From assembly GCA_033442325.1 (NCBI GenBank), contig JAWQFM010000003.1:705825-769824 (forward strand): DNA of 64,000 nt, written 5' to 3'. Below the pieces are notes generated by a model, which saw only the letters and a list, made by a program, of their open reading frames with translations, was not told the origin of the DNA and ran no database searches. Shown piece after piece: positions 25,001 to 40,929 of this stretch. The position numbers and the translations under genes were made by a program. Every line of letters begins with the position of its first letter. Within the stretch, counting starts at the first letter, position 1. Source of the stretch: Salpingoeca rosetta (lineage: Eukaryota; Protista; Choanoflagellata).

Positions 25001-28000
25001 TGCACGGGTTACCAAGCGCCTGCCACCGTGAAGGAGAGAGCACGGGTTGAACGAGACAAGCCGTAAGTCGAGATGAGTACGTGAGTGGATGCATGACTGA
25101 AGTAAGTGATCGATGCATGGATGCATGCACGGATGAAAAGTACGAGTCGTGGATGCATGCATGGATGAAAAGTACGAGTCGTGGATAGATGCATGCATGC
25201 ATGCATGCGTGCGTGCGTGTACACACTGGTAGTGCGGTATTGTTGTGCAGGTGTGTTTGTGTAGTTGAATGTACCTTTGCCATGTCCTTTGTTGTCTCCG
25301 TTTTTCCAGTTCCGGCCGGACCGGCAGGGGCACCGCCGAGGTCGAGTTGCAGCGCACCCATGAGGCAGAGGTAGCAGCGATCTGTCAGCGGCGTGATGAC
25401 GAGACGCATGCTCGCTCCGAGATACTCGTACGCATACACGAAGCGCGAGTTGGACATGCGCGCAACCATGTCGTCAATGTCGTCCTCCCAGTAATAGCGC
25501 AGCTGGCGCACCCACTCAAAGTCCTGCATTGAGAAGAGGGGATGCGGTGCGGCGGCGGCGGTGGTGGTGTGGGCATGGGTGGGTGTGGGTGTGGGTGTGG
25601 GTGGGATTAATCAACAACAAACCAGACACCAGTCCACAAAGTCCACCGCTCCACGGACACAAACACACACATACACGTATACACACACAAATTCGCACAC
25701 ACACACACACAACACACACACACACATACACACAAGTTCGCACACACACACACATACACACACACACAAACAAAATTCACACACCACCACCTGTATCCAG
25801 AAACTGACCTCGAGGTCGGAGACCTTGGAGTGGACCAGGGAAGTCACGTTGTCGCGGGCGTGCACGTCAATGGTGATGAGGGCACCAAGCACCTTTCGGA
25901 ACAGCTTGGACAGCTTCTGGCGCGACATGGCGGCCAGGTCAGCGAGCTGGCTGATGCACTGCTTCTCGTACGCCTCGAGCGCCTGCTGCGGATTCTCGTT
26001 CGTGATGGCGCGCGTGACGTCGCGGCACCACATCATCTGCGACACGCTGATGATGACCTGGGACGGGTGGCGGCCAACCCACTCCGTGCGCGGGCACGCC
26101 GTGTAGTCGGTGATGGCGGCCTTGGTCAGCGCATACAGCGACTTGACCATGGCGTCCTCCACGGAGCACAGCCACACCTCCACGTTGCCGCGGGCCTTGA
26201 GCCCTTTGCCCAGCGCCACGCGCTCGCCCTCTGGCGAGATCATGGCGTAGATGTCGTTGGCAGTCTTGCCGTCCTCGCCAAACTCAAGCTTCTGGATGGC
26301 GTCAAAGCACTTGCGCAGGTGCGGCTGCACGGCCTGCGGGTTGCGCGTCTGTGCGAGGATCTCAAGCAGCTCGTCGTTGGAGAGGAAGAAGAAGCGCGAG
26401 AACACCATCCGCTTGCTCTCGAGGTAGTCCTCCAGGCACTTCTGAATCTGCTCCAAAAGCGCGTTGTTCTTCTTGAAGCGCTCCAGGAAGCCTGGCGTCG
26501 TGCCGGCGCGGATTGCGTTTGGAAACGCCGTTGTCTTGCGCATGGCGTCCTTGAAGGACTTGTCAACCTCCAGGAACATCTTGGCCTCGGACGGCAGCTG
26601 CCGCTGGATGTCTGGCGCAGAGAAGATGCTCTCCAGGTAGATCCAACTGCGCTGGCACTCAAGCCACTCGTCAACCGTCTCCGAGAAGAGGTTGAGTTGC
26701 CGCTGCCAGTCCTCCACGCGCTGGCGAATGGGCTCCACGTGCCGCGACCCGGCGATGGTGGCAATGTTCACCTGCGAGTCGTCCAGCAGCATCTGGATGT
26801 CGTCCATGCCACCCAGGATGGTCACGTCCTTGCTGTCACGGAAGGGGATCACGGGAAGCTCCGCTTCCTTCCACGCGTCCTCAACCTGCACGCATTGGAC
26901 ATGGCGCACACCAAAGCGTGCGTGTCATGTTAGTTGGTTCAAACCGCGCACATGGGAACAGATAGGGGAGACAGCGTTGAACGGAGGCGGCGCGCAATCA
27001 CACACACACACATGCACATGCACAAGCACAAATGTTTGAACAGGAATGTACACATGCACGCACGCAAACAGAAAACGCACAATGTCGCAGACATATGCAG
27101 ACACACAAAACCACATGCACACACAAACACGCACACACATGCGCACACGCACAAACAAGCGCACCTTCTTGAGCATGACTTCGAGTGAAGCCTCGGAGGA
27201 GGCGCCGGAGCTGACTTCTTGAATCTCTTCGCCATGCTTGAACACATCCAGCTCGCTCAGCATGCCCAGGTTCAGCGTGTCGTCCAAGGGAAGCGTTTGT
27301 CCAATGATGCCAAAGATTTTCTCCCAGTGGCGCGGGCGCAGCGCCGGGTTGCGCAGGTCCATAATCACCGGCATCTTTGCCTTCATCTTCTCAATGTTGA
27401 GCTGGAGCTGTGGGGAGACCTCGTTCTGCGGCAGCTGCTTCGTCAGCGAATACGCCGCCTTGGCCATCCGTGTGACCTGGGGCAGGGCAATGCAAGTGGG
27501 TGTTGGGGATTGGGTGGTGGGTGTGTGGTGCATGTGGGTTTGCGTGTGAGGAACAAATATGCGCACAACACCATGGCCAACTGCCACCACTTGCATGTAC
27601 AAGCCCACGCCCTTGCATGCGGCCAAGCATGCTGTCTCTCCCCGCGTATGTGACCTCGCTCTCAAACAAACACGCACTAATACACGCACGCACAAACGTA
27701 CAAACACGCACTAATACACGCACCCCAAACCACTAAAAACACGTACGTACACCAAACGCACACACGCACACACGCACACACGCACACACGCACACACGCA
27801 CACACGCACAAGCACACACCGTGTTGCTCATTTCTTCAGCATCCATCTTGAGGAATTGCTGCTGCGCCCAGTCCTGCTCGAGGCTGTTCCACTCGTCGAT
27901 GGTGTCCCAAAGCGCCTTCTTCGCCTTGACCTCTGCGTGCGTCTCCTCAAGCGCAGAGAAGCGCGTGACCTCAATCTTGAACTTCTTCTGGTACGAGCGG

Positions 28001-31000
28001 TACTCGGCCGCCCGCTGCTGCAGCGTCTCCATCTTCTGGTTCAGCTCGCGTGTAAAGGCAAGCACCTTCTCCAGCTCGGCCTGCGGGTCAAACACAAGCT
28101 CGTTGGACGCCTCCTCGCGCACCTCAAGCACGTTGGCGCTGAGCTTCGAGATGTCCTCGTCAAGCACGTCACAGAAGGAGTTGATGCGCTTGTTCTGCTC
28201 GTCCACGGCCGCCTTGACCGTGTCGCGCAGGCGGATGATGTTGTTCTTGGCTGTCTCAAACTCCGCCACGTCCTCTGGCGGTGCCTCGATGCCGAAGCGA
28301 TCAATGAGCGCATACAGGTCTGTCACCAGCTTGGCGTCCTTCTCAATCGTCTCCATGGTTGCGTCAATCTCATCGACAAACGTGAGCGCGCGCACGTACT
28401 CCTCCGTGGTGGTTGGCTGCATCTCCAGCTGGTGCATGGCGCCGTGCATCTGCTCGGCCACCTCCTTGTTCTTGCGGCAGGCGAGCTTGGGCAGGGCGCG
28501 GTGGAGCGCCTCCAGGCACGCGCGCGGCACCGGCAGAAACGTCTCCTTGAGCTGACGGCAGTCCACCACCATCATGCCGAGGTTGTTGGCGGGCACAATC
28601 CCGCTGCCCGTGGTGATCATCTTGGAAAACTCCTCAAGCGACTGGGTGTAGAACTCGAGCGAGTGCTCCGTCTCCTCCAGCCACTCCAGGTCAATGCCGT
28701 GGCTGCGCGCGTACATGTCGCGAATCACGGACATGTGCCCCTTGAACTTGTTGGCCACGCGATACGCAAAGTCCAGCAGGTCCATGACGCCCTCGGAGTG
28801 CTCTGCCAAGCGCTCGTCCTCCTCCAGAATCTCGGCAAGGTGGCCCGGCTCCTCGCCAACAAAGTCCTCCTGGCGGTGCCCGAGCGTGGGCCGCGTGACA
28901 AAGTCAAAGTGCGGGGAGGGCGCGATGGGCTCCACGGCGCACACGCGCTCCTTGAACGAGGTAATGAGTCGGCCAAGCTCGTGCTTGACGTCGCCGTTGT
29001 CCGGATCAAGATCCAGCGCATCCACATCCAGCAGCAGGTCAATCTGGTCACAGTGGTGGCGGCGATGGAGGTGTTCGGTGAGAAAACAAAGAATATGTGG
29101 GCAACTACGACGAAGAGGGATAAAGTGGTGACGATGACTGCGCAGAATTCATCGGCCACACACCGGCGCATAGACAGACCGACACATACACAACAACACC
29201 CTCAAACAAACAAACAAACAACACAACAACACACTCAAACAAACAACACAACAACACCCTCAAACAAACAAACAAACAACACAACACAACACAACACAAC
29301 ACAACACAACACAACACAACACAACACAACACAACACAACACAACACAACACAACACAACACAACACAACAACCAAACACAACACAACAACCAAACACAA
29401 CACAAACGCAACACAACAACACACTCAAACAAACAAACAAACAAACAAACAAACAAACACAACAACCAAACACAACACAACAACACACTCGAATAAAACA
29501 GACAAACAACCACGACGAACCTTAAACAGCGGGACGGCCTCGTCTGGGTCGGCGGTGATGAGCTCGCGCTCAACAAATCGTTTCACGGGGAAGCGGTAGT
29601 CGTCCACCGTGATGGCTGACGGCCCAAACTCGGGCACAGGCTCCTCCTCCACTTCCTCCTCCAGGATGATGGAGCCTTGGTGGGCCAGGGCCGCCTTTCG
29701 CTTGGCCTCTTCCTCCTTCTTCTTCCGTGCTGCCTCCTCTTGCTGCTGCTGCTTCTTCTTCTTCTTTGCCTCCTCGTCATCACCGCTGTCGTCGCCCTCA
29801 TCTGCGGGGCCCGCGGCGGCAACGCTGTCATCCCGCAGGTGCTCGAGGTAGTGTCGCAGGAACCCAACAGACTCGACAGAGAGCTGCTGCATGGCGTTGG
29901 CGACAAGCATGTCAATCAGGCGAAGGAACGCTGCGAGGCGGATGCAGTTGGCCCGCTTGCGCGCTTGCTCCGTGTACGTCATCTTGGCATTTGCGTCTGC
30001 AGCGCGTGAAGCGAAACAAATGAGTCGCATGTGTGTATGTGTGTGTGGGGGGGGGGTGGGTGAAAGGTGAACCACTTGCTGAAAACCGCTTGGCATGAAA
30101 CCGTGTCCAGCAGGACGTTAAGATGCATTCGTACGCATTTACACACACACACACACTTGTGCAAACAATGAAGAAAACGAACCGCTGAACCCGAGGTCTT
30201 CCATGGTCCGCCTGCAGGCGTCAAGGGCAATGTCAATCACCTGGCGCCGCAGGTGCTGGAGCTTGGCCGTGACTGCGTCACACTTCTCGCGCTGTCGCAC
30301 GAAAAACTGCTCCACGGTGTACGGTTTCCTTGGGTCGATGTCCACCAGCCGCATGTCAACGACATCGAGGCAGATGGCACGAATCTGCATGAGGGCGGGG
30401 CGCAAGATGTCGTGATGCAGGAAGAGGTGTGCGCTGAGCTCCTCCGTGTGTGCGAGCTGGCGCGCTTGGACAATGTTGTTGCGCCACGTGGTGAACGCCT
30501 TCCACATGCGGTACTTGAAGAAGATGGGCAGCTGGCGGAGGCGGGAGTGGAAGATGAACTCGCGCTCGAAGCGATCCAGGGGCGTGAAGGTGGACATCTT
30601 GCCGTCAATCTGGGTCACGCCCTCAACGCTCAAGGTGAAGAAGGAGTCGCCGGGCCGGATTTCCGCGTGCCGCACGGGCTTGAGATCGTACACGTTGCGG
30701 TCAACCTTGGATGGGTCGCGTGGCACCAGGTACAAGAAGCCAACACGCGCGCCGCCTTGTTTGACAAAGTCGATGAGCTCGCTGGTGCTCTTGTCTCTGA
30801 GTTGATCCACCACATCGTCACTGATGGCGGTCGCCGTGCTATCAGTGCTTGCCCTTGCGGCAAGTTGTTGCTGTTGCTTCTGCCTCCGCAACGTGCCAGC
30901 AGAGGCAGTTGCAGACGGCAATGACGCAGAAGCAGCCTCCGCTGCCATCCTGCCATCACTGCGCTGCTGCTGCTGCTGCTGTTGTTGTTGTGGTTGTGGT

Positions 31001-31356
31001 GGTGTTGGTGGCGGCAGTGGTGCGTGGTGGGAGAAGGCCACATCCATGGGCTCTGGGGCAGACGGCACTGGGGGAAGCTTGAGGCTCCGCCCAAGGCCGC
31101 GGGACGAGGTTGACTTGAGGGATGGTGGCTTGCGTGCCTTGAATGTGCCTGTGCGCTGTGTGCCGGCTGATGCCTGGTGCAATCGGGACGCAAGCTGCTT
31201 CCCAGACTCCAGGCGCTCATCCCTGCTGCCACCGCTGCATGGCCGGGCACGGCCACCAGGCAAAGACCCACTCCTGCCCTGTCGCAAGGCATCCTTTGAC
31301 ATGGGAAGCTGTGGCGCTTCCCTCTGCTGCTTGGACGGGTTGATGGCGTGCGACAT
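15501..31356 (-). CDS. DNAH6: Axonemal inner-arm dynein heavy chain, DNAH6-like (~4163 aa, 12 exons)
   Basis: Exons 31356-30183, 29996-29521, 29043-27820, 27476-27165, 26885-25809, 25523-25275, 25019-22524, 22224-22072, 21919-21812, 21546-16780, 16415-16238 and 15778-15501 (12492 nt, in frame). P-loops [24 protein letters not shown] and GVGGTGKQ; CFDEFNRI; stalk and MTBD. The C-terminus [16 protein letters not shown] matches the DNAH6 ending as I recall it. Confidence 0.93.
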
Positions 31357-31364
31357 CTTCGGGC

Positions 31365-31395
<31 letters not shown>

Positions 31396-31605
31396 GTGTG
31401 TCTGAGTGTCCGAAAACAAAGGGGGGCAAAGAGGCCCAAGGGTGTGGCAGGTGCTTCCCTTCTTGCTTCGCTCTCGCCGGGTTGAACGGCGGCGGAAGCC
31501 TCGCTCACAAAGAAGGCAGGTGTCTGATGCTGGTGTTGGTGACCGTGTGCTGTGTGCTGTGTTGGGGGTTTGGTGTGTTGGTGAGTTTGCCTTCGTTGCC
31601 TGTCT

Positions 31606-31622
31606 GTTGGCAAGCTGGCAAC
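31606..31622 (-). promoter_or_regulatory. Candidate RFX (X-box-like) site in the DNAH6/EMC4 divergent promoter
   Basis: GTTGGCAAGCTGGCAAC contains GTTGCCA on the dynein sense strand (31622-31616), about 260 bp upstream of the dynein ATG. A further GTTGCC lies at 31595-31600. The motif is short and could be chance. Confidence 0.4.
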
Positions 31623-31743
31623 CAGTGTAGAAAATACTTTGAAGATGTGGACAATCGGCGTCAATACTGGGTTTGCCATTTGCATCCTCACCTGCAATTG
31701 GCAAAACAGGCACAGCCAACACACACGACCACACATCACAACC

Positions 31744-32024
31744 ATGGACTGGAACCTGCCATCAGAGAAGAAGAGCGGCATCGAGGTGCCAAAGCAGGCG
31801 CGGCCCTTTGGCATGCCGTCTGGTCCCATCGAGAAGACCTCTGAACGTGGCCCAAACAAGCAAAATGTCAAGGAGCTCAAAGCAAAGGTGGGATGTGCCG
31901 TGCTTTTTGTGCACGTGCTTTTGTGTGTGTGTGTGTGTGTGTGTCTGCTTTTTGTGTGTGCGTGCTTTTGGGTGTGTGTGCGTGTCTGCGTGTGTGTGTG
32001 TGCGCGCGTGTGTGTGTGTGTGTC

Positions 32025-32104
<80 letters not shown>

Positions 32105-32455
32105 TGCGTGTCTGCATGTGGGTGTACATCAACTTGCGTGTCACCAATGTCCTCACACAAACACACACGCACGCATGCACTTGCACCACCTCGTCTTCAG
32201 CTGGCATGGCAAGTGGCAACGCGCCCGATGCAGGGTTTGCTGATGAACTTCTTCATGCTGTGGATGATGGGAAGCAGCGTGAACCTGTTCACGTTCCCCA
32301 TGCTCGGTTACATGGTCTACTCGCCCCTCGTTGCCCTCTCGTCCATCTCCACAGGTACGCACGATTTCCGATCGTGCACTCAGAATCGTGACCATTGGCT
32401 GCCTTTTCTTTTTGTTGTGTGTTGTTTTCTCGCTTTCTACCCTCGCACACACACA

Positions 32456-32519
<64 letters not shown>

Positions 32520-33144
32520 CCCTGAGTATCCCCTTGCACTCGAATCGCACACACACACACACGGACAGTTCTCATTCGCATGCACACGTCCAACTCCCCC
32601 CCATGTGTTATGGCTTGCAGAGTTTGAGAAGCTCAGCAAGGAAGAATCGTTTTGGCTGCAGAAGATTGTGTTTGCGTTGGGTCAACTCACCGTTATTGGG
32701 CTTGCGGTGTACAAGTGCTCGGGTCTCGGCCTGATTCCAACAACGCAGGGAGACTGGCTCGAGTTTCTGCCACACGTGGAAGTAAGTTGTGTGTGTGTGT
32801 TTGTTTGTCTGTTTGTCTGCCTGTCTGTGTATGTCTGTTTGTCTGCCTGTCTGTGTATGTCTGTGCCTGAGTGTGTCTGTGTATGTTTGTGTCTGTGTAT
32901 GTCTGAGTCTGTGTATGTCTGTGTCTGTTTATGTCTGTGTTCTTTGCTTGCATGTGTGTGTGCGTGCGAGCGTGAGCTTGCGCACCTGTGTGTTTTGTCA
33001 CTCCCGTATGCTTGCCACCATTTTCACACGCATTCTTGTTCTTGCACACGCCGAACTTATGCCTTTCCTCTCACGCGCTGCCTGTATCTGCCTCTTCTGT
33101 AGCCTGCAGAGTATTCATCGGGTGGCGTCTCGCTGAGCTCGTAG
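31744..33144 (+). CDS. EMC4: ER membrane protein complex subunit 4 (~166 aa)
   Basis: Exons 31744-31887, 32201-32354, 32621-32781 and 33103-33144 (501 nt). Family-typical segments KLAWQVATRPMQGLLMNFFMLWMMGSSVNLF, LAVYKCSGLGLIPTTQGDWLEF and C-terminal EYSSGG. Confidence 0.88.
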
Positions 33145-33307
33145 GCTTGCTGTGTTGCAGCTCTTCCCCATGCCATAGCTTGTTGTCGCTGTTTGATGTG
33201 ATGAGTCTTTTTTCTTCCCACACTGTTGCGTGTTTAGTGCTGTTGAATGAGCGGTGGTGGGTGTATCTCAAACAATAGCAAGCAAACGAGTGACGAAACC
33301 GACCATG

Positions 33308-33435
<128 letters not shown>

Positions 33436-33711
33436 CGAATGACATTCTCTTGCTGAGAGAGTGTGTATGGGGGTGTTTATGGGGTGGGGAACAACAAGAT
33501 CTGGTTTGCAGCACATCGAGCCGAGCCAATCGCACACACAAGATGACGAATGCAAGAACCGACAAGACGTGGAGAGCAAAGCAGAGCACAGACAAGCAAA
33601 CAAACAGAAACGAACAAGCAGGAGCCTGCACTACAATCAACAACTGTCACGAGACAAATGGTCACAGGAAATGGATGGAGTGAAGAGAGAAGAAAGAAAA
33701 CCCGTCACCGC

Positions 33712-33780
33712 GGCAGTATTCATCAGGCATGCACTGTTCCGTAATCGGAGTTGCAGTGCTGCACATCACAAATGTGTGTG
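33712..33780 (-). promoter_or_regulatory. Candidate SECIS element (GUGA-type, form II) in the TrxR 3' UTR
   Basis: The minus strand reads auuu-GUGAU-GUGCAGCACUG-C-AA-C-UCCG-AUUA-CGGA-A-CAGUGCAUGCC-UGAU-gaau. This gives a UGAU/UGAU quartet, helix II (GCACUG/CAGUGC plus GCA/UGC), an unpaired AA and an apical mini-helix UCCG/CGGA, about 220 nt downstream of the in-frame UGA. Confidence 0.75.
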
Positions 33781-33985
33781 GCAATGGCACATGTGGCCAC
33801 TACCAACGCACGAATACACAACAGATCAGAGCCCATCCCGCTTGAAGCAGAGACAGCAGACAAGCGGGACAGTTGAGGGAATCGCCCTCCTCCGCTGATT
33901 GTGTGTGAAAACAAGAACAGAGCAGTGTGTTGCAAAATGCAACCGCTAACCGCTCAACACGTTTCACACACGGCGAAGGAGGAAA

Positions 33986-37220
<3,235 letters not shown>

Positions 37221-37876
37221 CTTGTCCTCTGCCACACGCACGTCTCCACACCAGAGCAAGCGTTTCCAAGTGGCCTTCTTCGTCTTGGTGGTTGGTTGGT
37301 TGGTTCACAATCTGTTCTCGGCCACACAACGCACACAACGCAGCAACTGCAGCCGGCGAGAATGGGTTGTTCGAGGAGGCGGGGAGAATGGCGGTTTGGC
37401 TGTTTTGCGTTCTGGTGTATTTTGCTTTATTGGGGAAAACTCGCTGAAATCTTACACTGCTCCCAGCGCTCAAAGATGGGGAAGGCAATTGCGGCAAAAC
37501 AAAGGGCAGCGGTGCGTATGGGTGAATGTGTGTGAGAGCACGCGCCTCACAGTTCTGGTGTCGTGTGTGTGTGTTGGGTGGATGCAACAAAACATACCAG
37601 CACATGCGCGCGAGACTGAAATCAGTCCCATTCGCAGCCATCTCCGCCTAACGACAGCACAAAAGAGGGCGCATCAAAAAAAAAACCAAAAAAAAAAAAG
37701 GAGCACACACAACCACCACAACCAACAACCAAACCGTTCAATCCACTACCACACACCACGCCTTTGCTGTTGTCTTTTGACGTACGTTTGTTGTGCGTGT
37801 GTGAGTGTTCGAACAGACAAACCACACACACACACACACAACCACACTTCTGTCAGCCACACTATTGTCAGGAACA

Positions 37877-38125
37877 ATGCTTCGTCGCCGACAATGGCCA
37901 AAGGCGGCTGCCATCGCCGCAGCCATCGTCCTGCTGTATGTCTTTGTGCTCAAGCCAGAGATGGAAGAGAGCGCCCGCGACGGCCCACTGCTGCACCACA
38001 ACGATGCGCGCAGCAACGACAACCACCACCACCACCACCAGCAACAGCAACAGCACCACAGTGACACAGGCGGAAGCGTGGACACAAATCACAAGCAACA
38101 ACAGCAACAGCAGCAACAACAACAA

Positions 38126-38168
<43 letters not shown>

Positions 38169-39814
38169 TTGGCGGAGGCAATGGCCATGTCTATCCCGAT
38201 CTGAGCGTGTACCCGGGTGGCGTGAACATTCGTGGCGAGGTGGACGACAAGCACCTGCACGGCAACAAGATTGGTGTGCGGGACGACGGCGTCATGGGCT
38301 TCCGCACCACATCGTACGTGTCCATGAAGGACGAGTCCCTGGAAATGAAGCGCATCGCGCACAAGCAAAACTGCTTCAACCTCAGGCGCAGCGACAGCAT
38401 CCCGCTGGACCGCGACATCCCAGACCACCGCGACTCGCAGTGCAAGAAGATTGTGTATCCAAACGACATGCCTGCAGCCAGCGTGGTGTTTGTCTTCTTC
38501 AACGAGCCGCTCTCGCCCCTGCTGCGCTCCATCCACTCCGTCCTGGACCGCACCCCGCCACACCTGCTGCACGAGATTGTGCTCGTGGACGACGGCAGCG
38601 ATGCGCAGTGGCTGCAGCAGGAACTCAACGACTACATGCGCTGGCTGCCCAAGACCAAGATCGTGCGCATGCCGCAGCGCAAGGGCCTCATGGAGGCGCG
38701 CGTGCAGGGCGCCAAGGCCGCCACGGGCGAGGTGATTGTGTTCCTCGACTCGCACATTGAGGTGTCCCCGGTCTGGCTGGAGCCCATGCTTGCACGCATC
38801 ACGGAGGACCGCCGCCATGTCGTCATGCCCATCATCGACAGCATCGACGCAGACTCGTTCCAGTACCGCAAGGGCGGCCTCGACATCCTCGGCTTCTCCT
38901 GGGCGCTGGGCCAGAAGAGCATCGGCACGCGCCGCCGCACGCGCACGCAGCCCATGCCCTCGCCCATCATGGCCGGCGGCTTGTTCGCCATGGACCGCAA
39001 GTACTTCTTCGACCTCGGCGCGTACGACCCGGAGATGCAGCTGTACGGTGGCGAAGAGATGGAGATCTCCTTCCGCATCTGGCAGTGCGGCGGCACGCTC
39101 GAGTGCATCCCTTGCTCGCGCGTCGGGCACGTGTTCCGCACGGGCAAGTACTGGAAGGGCCAGGTGTACACGGTGCCTGGCGACGTGATCGTTCGCAACA
39201 AGCTGCGCGCGGCCGAGGTGTGGATGGACGAGTACAAGGACATTGTCAAGCGCGTCATGTCCCCGCTGCCACGCGGCAAGACGCTGGGCCCGCTCGACAT
39301 GATGTTCGACATCCGCAAGCGCCACAACTGCAAGCCCTTCAAGTGGTACCTGGAGAACGTGTACCCGGAGATGTTTGTGCCATACGACCCGGACCACGTC
39401 GTTGCCAGCGGTGAGGTGCGCAACCCGCACACGGACGCGTGCTTTGACACGCTCGGCGCGCGGCACCAGGGCGCCCGCATCGGCGCATACCCGTGCCACC
39501 ACTCCCACGGCACGCAGGAGTTTGTGCTGTCCACGGGCGGCGACATTCGCGTTGCGGCCATGGACTTTGACACGTGCCTTGACCGCGGCAACGGGGACGG
39601 CAGCATCGGCATCTGGCCGTGCCATCAGACCGGCGGCAACCAGAAGTGGAACTATGACCCAAAGTCTGGCCGCCTCAGTGACGGCGACGGCCACATTTGC
39701 GCAGAGGCGCAGCGCACAGCAACCCCAAGCAGCCCGTTCAAGCTTGTCCTGTCGCCATGCGATCTCACCAACCCGGCCCAGCAGTGGATCTTCAAGGAGG
39801 CGGAGCCAAAGTAG
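37877..39814 (+). CDS. GALNT: Polypeptide N-acetylgalactosaminyltransferase (GT27) with ricin-B lectin domain, 645 aa, intronless
   Basis: Type II topology (MLRRRQWPK plus TM AAAIAAAIVLLYVFVL), His/Gln-rich stem, SVVFVFFNE, EIVLVDDGS, DxH motif FLDSHIE, PIMAGGLFAMDR, YGGEEMEISFRIWQCGG and PCSRVGHVFR. C-terminal QxW lectin repeats (TQEF, NQKW, AQQW). Confidence 0.93.
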
Positions 39815-39935
39815 CAGCGACGGCGATTGATTGGTTGATGATGGTGGCGGTGGTGGTGGTGGCGGTGGCGGTGGTGGCCTGATGACTTTTGGGTCACTCA
39901 GCTCAGAGAGCACTTGTGCTCGCCTCGACTTTGTG

Positions 39936-39998
<63 letters not shown>

Positions 39999-40382
39999 TT
40001 GACTGGTACTTGGTTCGTTCCCTTCACCTTTGCCATTCGTTTCGCGCGTTGTGTGTGTGTGTGTGTGCGTGTTCGTGTTCGCTCGAGTTGGATTTGGGTG
40101 TCGTTGATTCATATGTGGACTGGCTTTGCGTGTTACTTGCAGCAATGATGACAACAGTAGCCTGCCCTCTCATTTCTGCATAGCGTCGATCAAACAACAA
40201 CAGCACAATGAACATATGCGACAGAAACAAACGAGAGTGCCATGTTTGCAGTGTTTACGGTGTTGGATGTGGGCAGTGGTCGTGATGGTTGTGCATCAAG
40301 ACAAACAAACGCAACGACAACAACAACAACACCACCACCACGTCATGTCTAAATACCTTTCTCTCATGCAACAAGCACAAGT

Positions 40383-40608
40383 AACTCACTCACTCACTCA
40401 CTCACTCACTCACTCACTCACTCACTCACTCACACACACACACTCACTCACTCACTCACTCACACACTCACTCACTCACTCACTCACACACACACTCACT
40501 CACTCACTCACTCACTCACTCACTCACTCACACACACACTCACTCACTCACACACACACTCACTCACTCACTCACTCACTCACTCACTCACTCACTCACT
40601 CACTCACT
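40383..40608. repeat. (CACT)n/(CA)n compound microsatellite between the convergent GALNT and SLC25 3' ends
   Basis: About 225 bp of CACT units interrupted by CA runs. Similar tracts lie at 46-120 and 14890-15010. Confidence 0.85.
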
Positions 40609-40929
40609 CGCTGCCACAACGGTACACGTCTTCGTTTTACTTCATTTCACAACCGAATAAAAGACAAGGCGACACGCTACCGTGTTAACGCTCACACGTG
40701 CGTCCAAAGCAAAACCTACGAGCTATTACGATAGCACAGATAATACATACGAAACAACACACGCGCCCAAGCAGCTAGCTCACTGCAAACTGGGAAGCCG
40801 CAATACAGTCCGGAAAAAAAGACCCACATCACCACGACACATCACAAAGAGAAGAGGGGCAGCAGGAGTGTGCGGCCGGTCATGCTTCAACGGGAAGAGC
40901 GTTCGATTCGACGTCCTCGCGCCAGACAC

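Noticed and set aside
37221-37310. Upstream in-frame extension of TrxR as a mitochondrial presequence or Grx domain
   Set aside because: No in-frame ATG before an upstream TGA, and no room or motif for a glutaredoxin exon.
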